A stretch of DNA of 64,000 bases from the NCBI RefSeq assembly GCF_006345805.1, contig NC_043001.1:91078001-91142000 (forward strand), in the 5' to 3' direction. A program made the translations under genes and the position numbers. The notes below the pieces were generated by a model. The model searched no databases, was not told the DNA's origin, and saw only the letters and a program-made list of their open reading frames with translations. Below are positions 13,798 through 26,893 of the stretch, one piece after another (positions within the stretch are counted from its first letter, which is position 1; every line of letters begins with the position of its first letter). Source of the DNA: Octopus sinensis (lineage: Eukaryota).

Positions 13798-15228
13798 AGA
13801 AGGTTTGGAGATGATGTACAGGTATTTTATATTAGAAGAAATGAGGTACTCAGAAATTCGGATGGTTTTATATTTACAGATATTTATTTGTATATTACAT
13901 GTTTTTATACATCATATAACATATATCATATATTAGCGCTTTCGCCCATTCCAGTGATGTTTTCAAATTGAACTATGTTCAATATATATATATATATATA
14001 TATATATAATGTCCATAACAGAATATATGTGTGTGTGCTTTAATGCAAAGTTATTTGTAAAAACATTTTAATAATAAAGTGAACGATCGTTCTATAGTTT
14101 AGCACAGTTTTTCTCATGTTATTCTCTACGCTTACCTACTTTATATATTACTCAGATTTGTAATCCGCTTACAACAGATGACATATTAATATTTATTGAA
14201 CCATTAATATTTTTCATATTATATTTTAATGAACTTCCAGTCCTCAAGCCATTCTCTACTGACCTTTTAAATTGTTGTTTCCCAATCGATCTTGCTTGAT
14301 TTTGTCATCTACAATGCAAGACTACTTCACTGAACTCATTTCTATATTGAACATGTCGTGGAAAACGTACACTATTTTCCTAACTTATAAAATAGCTGAA
14401 ATGTAGTTTTAAGCATAATTTTCTCATAAATTTAATTCATACACCCTCACAGTTTATGGATTCCTGTCTGTGGTTTTGAAAATTTATTACTACAGAAATG
14501 GTTTTAGGACTACTTTTTAAAAGACGTTAAGTTAAATAGTCTACACGAGTATATGAATTCTGGATGTACATTTTTAACATTTTGATATACATTTTTTTAA
14601 AATAAGCGAACTGTATTTTTGTTTACATGAATTATGAGTTCTACACTTTTGAAGTTGTAGCTGATAATTTTACTGAACTGATCAGCAAATTGTGTATAGA
14701 GATTCCAATTTGTAGATTAGTGAGAGTCTGCCACAGCATAATTTTTCATTATTTTCAGACGGAATTCGTTGAAGCAAATATTCTACAACCCTCCATTCGT
14801 ATACACAAAGCTCATCATGTGCGTACGCACATACATACATGCATATTTTATTCGCTTTAGTCATTTGACTGCAGCCTTGCTGGGGCACCGCCTTAAAGTG
14901 TTTTTAGTCGAAGAAATCGACCCCAGGACTTATTCTTTGGAAGCCTAGTACTTATTCAATCGGTCACTATTACCGAACCGCTATGTTACGGGAAGTATAC
15001 ACACCAACATTGGTTGTCAAGCGTGGGTGGAGGTAAATAAACACATATACGACGGGTTTCTCTCAGTTTCCACCTACCAAATCCACTCACATGGCTTTGG
15101 TTGGCTTGAGGCTATTATAGAAGACACTTGCCCATGGTGCCATGCAGTGGGACTGAACCGGGAGCCATGTGGTTGGGAAGCAAGCTTCTTACTACACAAC
15201 CATGCCTATGCATGCACAGGATACACTT

Positions 15229-15945
15229 AAATAATAATAATAATAATAATTGTGTACAGTGCTCAGGTGCACTACAACTCATCTGAAGTGTATATATAAT
15301 CAGGTGTAGTTTCGACGGATTTCGGGAAGCATGAGGGCCTTAAAGGATGCAGTGTCATGGCAGTCAACAACTGATGCAGGCAGTTTATTCCACGCTTCAG
15401 CAACCCTGAGCGTGAAAAAATGTTTCCGAAAGTCATGGGAGCTGTGCTGTTTTCTGACTTTGTAGGCATGTCCACGTGTGTTAGACACATGGAGATCAAA
15501 AAGGTGTTCAGTGTTGTTGTTGGTGAGGTGGTTGATAACCTTGTGGGTGTTTACCAAGTCCGTCGCTAGATGCCGGAGCTTCAGTGAATCCATGCCCAGG
15601 GAAACAAGGCGCTCAGAATATGGTAGGTGTCTGATGGAGGGTATGCGTTTGGTTGCACGTCTCTGGACACATTCCAGGAGGTCAATGTTCTGAGCAAGAT
15701 AGGGATTCCAAACTGATGATGCGAATTCCAAGTGTGGTCGTACCATAGCTGTATACAGTTTTAAATAGATGGCTGGAGAGCGGCTAACAAAAGTCTTGCT
15801 GAGTGATGCCAAGACACCCTCGGCCTTCTTGACAATTTTAGAGATATGCTTTGTCCAACGCAAATCACTGCTGACAGTGATGCCTAGGTCACGCTCGCAA
15901 GAGGATTTCTTGATATCAGTGTTGTGGAGGGAGTATGTGGACGCA
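15229..15945 (-). mobile_element. 5'-truncated CR1/L2-group LINE 3' end in EMC7 intron 1
   Basis: ORF 15300-15863 with YTAMVRPHLEFASSVWNPY...LECVQRRATK...TRGH..K...RKHFFTLRVAEAWNKLP, typical of the CR1-group ORF2 C-terminus; (TTA)n tail. Confidence 0.88.
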
Positions 15946-17176
15946 GGGTTCTTTCAGTTTCCCCTCTACCAAATCCCTTCACAAGGCTTTAGTCTGCCTG
16001 GAACTAGAGCAGAAGACACTTGCCCCAAGTAGGACTGAACACAAAACCCCATGGCTGGGAAGCAATCTTCTCAACCACACAGCCATACCATTGTCTTGAA
16101 AAATATTTAATATTCAGACACTCAACATCAGACACTACCAGAAATATATATATTCTTCCACCTGTGACCTGCTAATACGTATATACTTTTTGTTTTTTTG
16201 CTGATTGTTTGTGGTTTAAGCTCCTTCCCACTAAACAATTTTTCATGTTGTCATGGGTTGTATGGGTCTGTTTTTACTCAGCAGCTCTCCACTTGAAGCA
16301 GATCAAATCTTAACACTTCTTTCCATATCTTCTTCAGTCTTCTCCTTCCAAAGGCTTTTTTCGCTTGTGTTATTTGACACGTTTCACCTTAGAATGCTCA
16401 GTTTTTTTCTCTCTGTACATTTGTGTCCCATTGTTTATGCACAATGGCATAGCTAACATCACACATCTAGCAGATCCTGCTTGTCTCCCAGCCACATGGT
16501 TTTCAGTTTAGTCTCATCGCATGGCAACTTGTCTTCTACTATAACCTCAGGCCAGCCAAAAACTTGTGAGTAGATTTGGTAGGTAGGTAGAAACTGGGAG
16601 AAGCATAGTGTATGTATATGCATGTATGTCTTTGTCTGTCTTGACATTACTTTAGTTGTAAATGAACATCACCATTATGCAAATGGATGCCTTTGTTTCT
16701 AATTTTCCATGAAAATGTGTCTGGACAGGGGGAAATATTACTTTAATGGAAACAGGCAAGAGTGAGTGACAAGAAGGACAGTTACACCTTCTCTTTGACT
16801 TATGACCACAGAAATAACTAAATAAAAAATCGATATTTGGATGTTGGACAGCTGTGCGTATGATAACTATGACAACATCTGGCAATGCAGGCCTCCCTCA
16901 ACTCAGGTATCCACTGTCTCTTAATCAGTTGCGTTGAATGAAAATAATGTTGAAAAATATAAATTCGATATATGACCAGATTGACTTATTATCTGTCAGT
17001 CGGAATGGAACTCAATCATAAGGCACAGAGAAAAAGTGTAGAAAATCTGCCTCAGTGAATTTTGTCCAACCCATGTTACCCTGGAAAAGGGGATGATAAA
17101 ATGAGGATGATGATATGTATTTGTTAATTTATTAATCTATTTAGCCATAATTATTTAATTATTATCTTTATTTCAG

Positions 17177-17470
17177 GTTCTATCTGCTTCTGATAAAAGC
17201 TGGATGCCTCATATCAAAATTTTGGTGGATGGAGGAGAATATACAGGCTTCTTAAAAACTGATGGAACTTTTACAGTTGGAGCTCTACCATCTGGTTCAT
17301 ATGTTGTAGAAATCCATCATCCTGCATATCTGTTTGAACCAGCACGTGTTGATATCAGCTCAAAGGGTAAAATACGAGGTCGTAAAGTAAATAACCTTCA
17401 GCCTGGTTCATTAAAAACAATAGCCTACCCTTTAGAATTCCGGGAGCGAGGAAAAGCTAACTACTTCCAG
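17177..17470 (+). CDS. EMC7: EMC7 exon 2 (lumenal beta-sandwich, DUF2012)
   Basis: tttcAG acceptor, GTgagt donor at 17471, 98 codons. Contains ILVDGGEYTGFLKTDGTFTV..LPSGSYVVEI...FEPARVDISSKGKIRGRKVN, characteristic of EMC7. Confidence 0.95.
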
Positions 17471-19319
17471 GTGAGTGTGCTATTTAATCTTATAAGAGCA
17501 GAATTATCTGTCTGATTCTTTTTTGTATGTATGTATTAACTGGCATGCTTGTGTGGTTAAGAAATCTGTTTCTCAAACACATTGTGTCAAGTTCAGTCTC
17601 TCTGCATGGTACTTTGGGCAAATGTCTTCTACTAGGGCCCCAGGTCAAGAAAGCTTTGTGGGTGGATTTGGTTGACAGAAACTGAAAGAAGCCCATACAT
17701 ATAATATATTATTTTGGGATGGTCATTTTTTTTTCCAAATAAATCCACTCTATATATTCATTCTTCACTCGTTTATTATTGTTCTTTATTTTATCCTATG
17801 TTCATTGTCTGGAAATCTTACATTACACATCTGTGACCTCTTCAGCAACTCATCCTCCTGTTCTGTTTAGTCCAATGAACACACACACACACACTTGCAT
17901 AATAGGCTTCTTACACTTTCCATCTACCAAATCTACTGAGAAGGCTTTGGTCAGAGCTGGGCTATAGTAGAAGACACTTGGACAAGGTGCCACGTTGTCA
18001 GATGAAACCCCAAACCACTCACGTTAGATGGCCCTACACTCACAGTATCCAGGGTGCTACTGTTTCCAATATCATGCACATGATGGAATGCACTGTACAT
18101 GTCTAAGAATTGGGGTTATTACAGGTACAGTGTGGCTTCTCTGTTACACTAGTATAAAAACACAACTGCACATTCTGTCAAAAATTAGTACCATACAATT
18201 CTTTTACTATTGAAATATTGACCATGTCTAGAGTAAGTTTGAACACTGTGAAAGATCCAGTGAAGTTTATGTAGTTTTTATTATGATATTTATTTCTGTT
18301 GTTTGTTTGATTCCTCTTTTAAGTAATCAATTTATGAATTTATTTAATAGTAGCCCCTCTTACATTTCCTGCTGGAAATAGATTTCTGAAGTATCTGACA
18401 CTATTACAGTGACACTGTCTGCATAAACCAACACAAACCTTCTGCATCCTAAACCACTAGGCAATGTATCTGTGTGTCAGTGATAAGATAAACTTGTATT
18501 GAAGAAGCAAAGCTACTTAACACTTTGCAGCTTAAATTTGTACTTAAAACAGAAATAAAAAAGGATTTGGTAAAATAATAAAATGTGGTCAACAAGATCT
18601 TAAATATTCATTTTGAAGAATGGTTGATGCAAAATACCCTAATTTTTATTGTAGTCTAATTAGCATCTTAATCAAGAGATTTTCATACCTGGTGTTTGAT
18701 AAGCTTGGTCAACCATTTCTAAAACTTCTCTAATTGTTCACGTTACTGGTCTGCAATTAATTTTTTTAATGTTATTGTTCCTCATCTAATTTGCCATACC
18801 TTCGTAGCTGAGGTATCTTACATGAATTTGGATATGGTTGATGTAGCTCCACATAGCAGTTGAAGCCTTTTGCTATTCTTTTTAGTATTGATGCTGCAAT
18901 AATATGCACCCAGTACACAATATCAGGTGTAAAGTTGAGAGGATCCTTTTAATGTTGAAAATTCAACTACCTCTCTAGTGCTGTAGTCATGAAAAAGTGC
19001 ATCCAGTATATACACTGCAAGCAGATGGTGGTGTTAGGAAGGGCATTCAGCTATAGAAACCAAGTTATGGTCTCCTGAGCCAGATCAGCTGAAACAATGT
19101 TGATGATGAAACCTTTCTCGTGAATAAATATATGACATTTATTTAGAGCTACTAATTAAAATTGTTTATTGCTAAATACTTTACGACTGATAGAAATCTT
19201 TGCATTTATTGACAGCCTGGTGCCTCAGTGTTCATTCTAAGTTTAAATTTTAATCCGATTGACTTTTGTCACTCTGTGGTCTATAAAATAAGCACATATT
19301 ATTTTAATTGACTATATAT

Positions 19320-19540
19320 GTGGAGGCGCAATGGCCTAGTGGTTAGGGCAGCGGACTTGCGGTCGGAGGATCGCGGTTTCGATTCCCAGACCGGCCGTTG
19401 TGTGTGTTTATTGAGCGAAAACACCTAAAAGCTCCACGAGGCTCCGGCAGGAGGTGGTGATCCCTGCTGTACTCTTTCACCACTCTAAAAGGCGGTGCTC
19501 CAGCATGGCCGCAGTCAAATGACTGAAACAAGTACAGAAA
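19320..19540 (+). mobile_element. tRNA-derived SINE (chimeric tail) in EMC7 intron 2
   Basis: TGGCCTAGTGG...GGTTTCGATTCC head joined to the gcagtcaaatgactgaaacaagta tail of another family. Confidence 0.75.
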
Positions 19541-19637
19541 AATATCCTTTTCTATAACAAAATTGGTCGTATCAAAAGAAATTGCAGTTATATTTTATCT
19601 TGTCTAAATCATTATTCTTTTTTCTTCTTTTTGTTAG

Positions 19638-19892
19638 ATGCGAGAGCAATGGCGTATGACAGACTTCCTGTTTAACCCAATGGTTCTGACTATGGTTTTG
19701 CCATTGCTTATTATTATGGTGCTACCAAAGATGATGAATGCCGCTGATCCTGATACTCAAAGAGAGGTCCAAACTCAAATGAATGCTCTTAATGCCAAAC
19801 AGAGTTTACCAGACATGTCTGAGTTTTTTACATCTTTATTTTCAGATGGCAAGAAACCTATAAAATCCAAATCATCTTCTAAGAAAAGATGA
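19638..19892 (+). CDS. EMC7: EMC7 exon 3 (TM helix and cytosolic tail)
   Basis: ttgttAG acceptor directly before the ATG codon. Reads [43 protein letters not shown]...[13 protein letters not shown]...KSSSKKR*. Spliced product is 237 aa. AATAAA near 20155 and 20472. Confidence 0.95.
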   Translation: MREQWRMTDFLFNPMVLTMVLPLLIIMVLPKMMNAADPDTQREVQTQMNALNAKQSLPDMSEFFTSLFSDGKKPIKSKSSSKKR

Positions 19893-21579
19893 GAGTTACA
19901 AGTTAAGAGCATTGATTAGACATTTAAAAGGTTAAGAAATAATAATAAAGATTTTGTTCTCAAAATTTATCTTAAAGAATATTAAAAATACAGTTTTTTT
20001 TCTCTATTCATTAACTCCACATATATTCAATTTCGTATACTGTGATTTATAAAGCCTTATCTCTGAATTTAGCTATTTATTTGAATTTCAAAGGCATTGA
20101 TTTGTTGCCTGATAATTTTTTAAATGAAGAAAAAGGAAAAAGAAAAAAGTATTCAATAAAAATTTAAAAGTAAAAAAAAATCATTAAATTTTGGGGAATA
20201 AAATAGAAAAAGAATATTCTTTAAAAAAATTAAATAAATAAATTTTATTAACTATTTAATTGTTTTAGCTTTACAAGTAGATCTTGAAGTAGGTGGTTCA
20301 CAAGATGTTTTTCAATTGTGACCAGATGTGTTCACAGCAAATATTCTTTTGTTTTATTTATACATTTTTGTAGTGTATGTCTCTGAACAAACGTTATACG
20401 AGGCAAACTGGTAAGATTGTTATTGCACGTTGATTGTAGACTCGACTATAATATCACTATGTGAAGTCATAAATAAAGATTATTTTATTTATATCACGCA
20501 AGTGTGATGAAAATCAGTTACATATCTTTTTGGGGAATTGGGCGACCATTGAGAGATTAGTCTCTACAGCCAGATGCTCTTCTTATCCCCAAGACTTGCC
20601 TGTTTCCAAATAAGATATTCCTCTGGTCTCTTGAATAACAAACAACTCGGGGAGCTAGACATGCTTTCATAGAGAAGTATAAAACAACTGATGTTATTTG
20701 TTAGAAAGTGATTTTGTTTACAATTAAAGTTTGAATGTCAGGGCAAAGAAAAGACACACAATTACATAATATGCTTCTTACAGTTTTTGCTAAGCAAATT
20801 ATTTCATTCAGAAAAGGATTGGGTCAACTCTTGGCTATAGAAGTCATCAGCCAACAGTATCTAGGCAGTGATTCCAAAGTGAACCTCTTAACTATACAGT
20901 CATATCTACACTTACCATACTAGTTTTGCTTGTATAACAACATTGGTTGCTTTGATAGTAGGGAATGATGTTCATATTATTGAAATCTGTTATAGACATA
21001 CTATGTTTAAGAAAACAATAAATACTGTAGTGGTGGGGAAGAATTGTAGTAGCAGTGGCTTGTAAGAAAGCCAGTGCAACAAATCTTATCTAGTCATATG
21101 GCTGTTTGCAAGTACACATCATTGACAAGGCTCAACAACACTGAAATGCATCTGGCATATTTGCTAGCTGCTGCTGGTACGACTTTTTGTCTCGTTCCAG
21201 TGTACACATTAAATATGATACATAGATGGCTATTTTAGTTTAATACTGCTTCAATTGCATATTCATTGAGAAGCTTGCTTTGATAAAAATAAGTATCAGT
21301 TAAACACCGGAGTTGACATAATTGACTCACCCACGCCCAAACTGCTGGCTTTGTGCCAAAATTTGAAACCATTGAAAGGTGGTGAGCTGGCAGAATTGTT
21401 AGTGCAAAGAACTGTTTAGCAACATTTCTTCAAGCTCTTTGCATTTTTAGTTCAAATACTGTTGAGGTCACAAAATAAAGTACCAGCCAAATACTAGGTT
21501 TTATGTAACCAACTTGTCCCTTTGGGGGTTGCTGGCCTTGTGCCAAAGTTAGAACTATTGTTATCATTACTGAGGATTG

Positions 21580-22450
21580 ATCTTATTCCTGGTAGATTTT
21601 ATGTGGGTGGTGTGTTACTCCTGTAAACTTAAGATATTCACTTGATTTTAAGCCATCAAGTGCTCAAAACCCATCTGATCTTACCTGTTCTAAAGAGGCA
21701 AATCTTCTGTAGAAGCTCTACAAGACACACGATTATGATCTTTATCCATTTGTCTTTGTTATCACTCTGTTCCAAATGCACTAGTTATCATAGGTACAAT
21801 TGTTACAGATTCCATGTTCCAAATTCTCACAATCTCAAATTTCAGTGGGTTGTAGTTTTTCAACTTTTTATCAGCTTCCTTCATAATCTTAATATTTAAT
21901 AGATACGATGGATCAATCAATATGCAAATTTGACTTTCTTTGTCTGTAACTGCAATATCTGGCTTTATCCATTTCAATAGAAAAATCCCACAAAATCTTA
22001 CATGTTTCCAATTTAAGTACTTAGTCTATCCAATGATTGTACCATGTACTTCCTGCTTTAAACCCCTATTTTTGACAATGTTTCCAGTGTAAAAGAACAT
22101 GCTCCATTTCTTATATTCTTCCTGGGCGAACTCAGGGCATTCTGTAACAGCATGTGCCATCATTTCATCTAAAATTCTGCATACTCTACATTTTGTTGAC
22201 GCCTTCTCCCCATACATATTTTTTTATATCAGATTTTTTATCTGAAGTTCTTGATCTTGAGCTGCTATAATAAGACTCTGTTTTTTCAATGAAGCCCAGG
22301 ATCTTATTGACATATATCCTCAGTGGCTTTCCAAAATTCAACATGCTAAGTTTTCTCTCCAATTTGTTCAACTTGTTCTCTTTGAATTTCATTTTTGTTC
22401 TGTTTGCCTTTTCCAGTCTTGATCAACTAATCTTTACTCACTGCCTTTAG
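21580..22450 (-). mobile_element. Decayed RLE-type non-LTR retrotransposon (R4/Dong-like) 3' region
   Basis: CCHC knuckle CRVC...AHAVTECPEFAQEEY followed by KPDIAVTDK...CILID...K...Y..LKFEI.RIW...VPMI..A.G; frameshifted. Confidence 0.75.
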
Positions 22451-22829
22451 TAACTTTTGATGCAAGGAGAATTAAGAGATGTATAAAAATTATTGTGCAG
22501 TGAGATAAAAAATAAAAACTCACCCTATTAATCAACATCTTCATTTCCGGGGATCACTGGACATGTTTTGGCCCTATTATGGATTTGTTTGCACAGCATA
22601 GCCTTCACCACACTTGCTGAAGGCATGAATCATTAAGGAAGGAAATGTCTAAGGTTTAACAATGGTACATGTAGGAAAAAAAGAATTAAGACATGCTGTC
22701 TGCATGAAAAACAATAAGTGTTACATACAACTGGTCACATACTTTGGTTCAAACTGAATATTTTTTTTCTGTTACAATCTATGCTCACTCGTTTTGTATG
22801 TTTAAATGATTACAAATGATTTTTCTAGT

Positions 22830-23472
22830 TGTGTGAAAAAGTGCCACACCCTGGCGGTTGAGGGAACCTGTGGAAGAGGTAGACCCAGGAAAACCTGGGA
22901 CGAGGTGGTGATGAACAACCTTCGAACTTTAGGTCTCACTGAGGAAATGACCAGAGACTGAGACCTTTGGAAGTATGCTGTGCGTGGGAAGACCCGGCAG
23001 GACAAGTGAAACCATACCCGTGGCCGCTACCTGGGACGTAGCCTGCCCACTTATGCATACCGTTCCTTCTTGTGACACAAACCCTACTTGTGAAGACCTG
23101 TTGAGGCAAGTGAAAATGAAAATCGAAATCTCTCAACATCAATGGAAATTGTAGCTGAGATACCAGTGCCGGTGGCACGTAAGAGAACCATTCGAACGTG
23201 GCCATTGCCAGCGCTGCCCTGACTGGCCCCTGTGCCGGTGGCACGTAAAAAGCACCATCCAATTGTGGCCGTTTGCCAGCCTCGTCTGGCACCTGTGCAG
23301 GTGGCACATAAAAAGCACCCACTACACTCTCGGAGTGGTTTGCGTTAGGAAGGGCATCCAGCTGTAGAAACACTGCCAGATCAGACTGGGCCTGGTGCCC
23401 CAGACCCCTGTTGAACCGTTCAACCCATGCTAGCATGGAAAACGGACGTTAAACGATGATGATGATGATGAT
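22830..23472 (+). mobile_element. RTE LINE 3' end (GRGRPRKTWDEVV...LTEEMTRD) continuing into a (GAT)n-tailed repeat
   Basis: Translated motif, and a tail ggaaaacggacgttaaacgatgatgat shared with many SINE-like copies. Confidence 0.75.
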
Positions 23473-23971
23473 CTTCTCATCAATTTAACAACTTATCTGT
23501 GCCTACATGGGTGAGATGGAATTTGTTAGAGTTGGAATTTTCAGTGGCCAGTTTACCCTTCCTGTCACTTTCCCTCATGTTTCTCAGTAAGGTAATATTT
23601 CCTCATGACCAGACAAGTCTTGGAAGACTGGAAATGAAGGACATCACTTGCATGTTGGTGACACTCCAACTATCACATGAAAGCAAGGAGACTGTAACAC
23701 ACCACCTCTTTCTCTCTCTCTCTCTCTACATATATATATATACACATACACACACATGGCAGGCCTCTTTCAGTTTCTGTTTATCAAACCCACATTTGGT
23801 TGACTTGGGGCTATAGAAGACACTTGCCCAAAGCCTAGATGCTATGCAGTGGGACTGAACTTGAAACCACGTGGGAACATTTAAAATTAGCAGCTAATTA
23901 GAAACATTAGATTGCTGTGCTATGATTTAGTCTTTACTTTTAATTTCTCTAGTGTGTGTGTTTGTACATAC

Positions 23972-24002
<31 letters not shown>

Positions 24003-24003
<1 letters not shown>

Positions 24004-24288
24004 GTGGAGAGGCACATGGCCTAGTGGTTAGAGCAGCGGACTTGCGGTCGAGGGATTGTGGGTTTGAATTTCAGACTAGGCGATATGTGTTTATGAGCGA
24101 AATACCATGCTCTGCGTGGCTCTGGCAGAAGGTAATGGTGAACTTCTGCTGACTCTTTCGCCACAAATTTCTCTCACTCTTTCCTCCTGCATCTTGCAGC
24201 TCACCTGTGGCGGGCCAGCGTCCTGTCCAGGTGGGGAACCCATACACCAAAGAAACCGGCCCTACGAGCCAGGCATGGCTCGAGAAGG

Positions 24289-24290
<2 letters not shown>
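24003..24290 (+). mobile_element. tRNA-derived SINE
   Basis: Same family as 28472-28774. Confidence 0.8.
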
Positions 24291-24326
<36 letters not shown>

Positions 24327-24427
24327 CACATGTATATATCATCATTTTGTAGTTTACTTTTCTATGCTTGCATTGGACAGATAAAATTCAATATATATGA
24401 ATAATCCAAATAAGAAAACAAAGAGTT

Positions 24428-24766
24428 TATCATATCTTTAGTGACCAGTCTCAATTGTTTCTGTACTAACTCTGTTTTTAATGCCAATTAACATGAAAGT
24501 TCCATGTGAAAAGTTATGTACTATTTGCAGTTTTAAACATTAGTGTGGCACTTCTTCAGACCTGCTTCAAATCTGCACTTCCATGTGCATCTGCGAAGTA
24601 TTGTCTTGCTTGACAGTCACACAATGTAAGAGCATATTTTTGATGCCACACTAATGTTTAAAACCACAAATAATACATAACCTTTCACATGGAACTTTTG
24701 GTTGAAGTGACATTAAAAATAGAGTTGGCACAGAAACAATTGTAACTGGTCATTAAAGATGTGATA
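24428..24766. repeat. Diverged inverted repeat (24428-24550 and 24644-24766) with HHR remnants
   Basis: Arms visibly reverse-complementary. CTGAAGA on - at 24553-24559; TGGCAC-A-GAAACAATTGTA in the right arm. Confidence 0.6.
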
Positions 24767-24935
24767 TTCTACTCTTCACTAAAATCAAACACTGGTTTCA
24801 CTGATGCGATATCTTGATTTTCTGCACCCAAGAATTTTGATCTTACTTAAGACTACAACAAAAGAGTGTAGATAGCCTAAAGCTCGGGTTGAGTGCTGCA
24901 TTGGAAATATACCATCTTTCTACTCTTCTAGGACC

Positions 24936-24982
<47 letters not shown>

Positions 24983-25276
24983 GTGTATATATGTATATGT
25001 GTATATATAATTTAAATAATGAGGGAGATAAATTGAATATTAATTTAATTAACATCAATTTAAAACCAGTAGCCTAGCATACAAAAATCTGAAAAATCAG
25101 AGAAAATTCTAACACATGTGCATATTTAGAGGGCAAGCCACTATGTGGTCGGCCGTATGCTAGAAGTAGATCACCTATGATCAACCTACAAAGAAAAGAA
25201 TGTTTTCTAGAGGAAAATTCAGCGGACACCAGAACGAAAATGCGGGCAAGACAGATGAAAATTAAATAAAAAATCA

Positions 25277-25364
25277 GAATTACTCACAGACCGGCGGTTT
25301 CGCCTATTAACAAATGAATCACTTATGTAATCCATTGTCCGTAGGCTCGTCAGTGTAAGCATTC
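25277..25364 (-). ncRNA. Type I hammerhead ribozyme, canonical core
   Basis: Minus strand reads GAAT-GCTTACA CTGACGA GCCTA[long hairpin]TAGGC GAAA CCGCCGG TC^TGTGAGT-A-ATTC. Stems I, II and III all pair; GUC cleavage triplet. Confidence 0.85.
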
Positions 25365-25420
25365 CATAGGTAATGCAATTTGTAAATGTATATGTTTATA
25401 TGTATATGTATAAATATAAG

Positions 25421-26130
25421 TTGTTATATTTCGGAATGGTCATATTGCCAGTTTAGCCAATAAAAACACACGCACTATATATTTGGTGTTATTTTGCTTC
25501 AGTGATATTTATTTTTTACTTTAATCTTAATCTTATTTCGGCCAGAGTTCTTTCGTCACACTCCTGTGACCGCATCAGTGGTCCTTTGTTTTCTTCTTTC
25601 TTATTTGTTTGTGTCTCTCCTTACTAACCGTCAGATTTTTTTTTTTTTCGATTAGATTTATTATTATTATTACTAATATTGTTGTTATACATACATACAT
25701 ACAAGCATATGTAATGATAATAATGGGTGGATGTAAACACATGAACAAAATTAGAACAAAAGCAACAACAACAAAAACAAAATACAAATTACATGAATGT
25801 ATATAAACAGAAGATACAAATATTACAGGCACCCACCCCCCACACTAAATAAACATAGACGCACATAGAGATATAAGCATGCGCAATTGAAGACATACAA
25901 TAGAAATACAAAATGGCTGACGGTTAGTAAGGAGAGACACAAACAAATAAGAAAGAAGAAAACAAAGGACCACTGATGCGGTCACAGGAGTGTGACGAAA
26001 GAACTCTGGCCAAAATAAGATTAAGATTAAAGTAAAAAATAAATATCACTGAAGCAAAATAACACCAAATATATAGTGCATGTGTTTTTATTGGCTAAAC
26101 TGGCAATATGACCATTCCGAAATATAACAA
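25421..26130. mobile_element. Fold-back element with 214-bp inverted arms (25421-25634 and 25917-26130), Penelope-like terminal-repeat type
   Basis: Arms differ at only about 2 positions, each carries an HHR-like motif, and the element is flanked by TA-rich microsatellite. Confidence 0.65.
25967..26011 (+). ncRNA. Minimal hammerhead-like motif with variant core (identical inverted copy at 25540-25584 on -)
   Basis: GGACCA CTGATGCG GTCAC AGGAGT GTGAC GAAA GAAC TC^TGGCC. A9 is replaced by C and stem III is only 2 bp. Confidence 0.45.
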
Positions 26131-26893
26131 TATCTGTTTCAACACACGACTTCACATAAAAAATCTTGCACAACAAATATTTAAACGTATAAATATATGT
26201 ATGTATATATATATATATATGTATGTATATATGTATATATATATATAGCGAGGTCATTGCCAGTGCCGCTAGACTGGCTCCTGTGCAGGTGGCACATAAA
26301 AAGCACCATTTGAGTGTGGCCGTTGCCAATAGTGCCTGACCGGCCCTCGTGCTGGTGGCACATAAAAGCACCCATTACACTCGGAGTGGTTGGTGTTAGG
26401 AAGGGCATTCAGCTGTAGAAACTCTGCCAGATCAGATTGGAATCTGGTTCGCCAGACCTCAGTCAAATCGTCCAACCCATGGTAACATGGAAAGCGGACG
26501 TTAAACGATGATGTTATATAGATCATCATCATTGTTTTAGAATCCACTCTTCCATTCATACCTGGGTTGGACAAAGTTTGTTGAGGCATATTTTCTATGG
26601 ACTGACGTCCTTCCTGTTGCTGACGCTTACCTGTTTCCAAGCAAGGAAATATTTCTTCATGGCAGACATGTTCTTGCAGAATACTGGAAATGAATATCAA
26701 TGATACAATTATCATGCAATGTCAAGATAAGGAGACACATTTATAGATCCACACATAACAGGCTTTCTGTTTTGGTTGGCCTGGGACTATAGAAGACACA
26801 TGCCCAAAGTGACTGAACCCAAAGCCAGGTGGCTGGGAACTAAATTTCTTAACCACACCAGCAACTGACCCATATATATATATATATATATAT

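Noticed and set aside
22936-23436. Recurrent GAFYVPPA ORFs (also 5016, 6316, 9564, 26269)
   Set aside because: Antisense translations of a multi-copy SINE-like repeat, with frames not conserved between copies.
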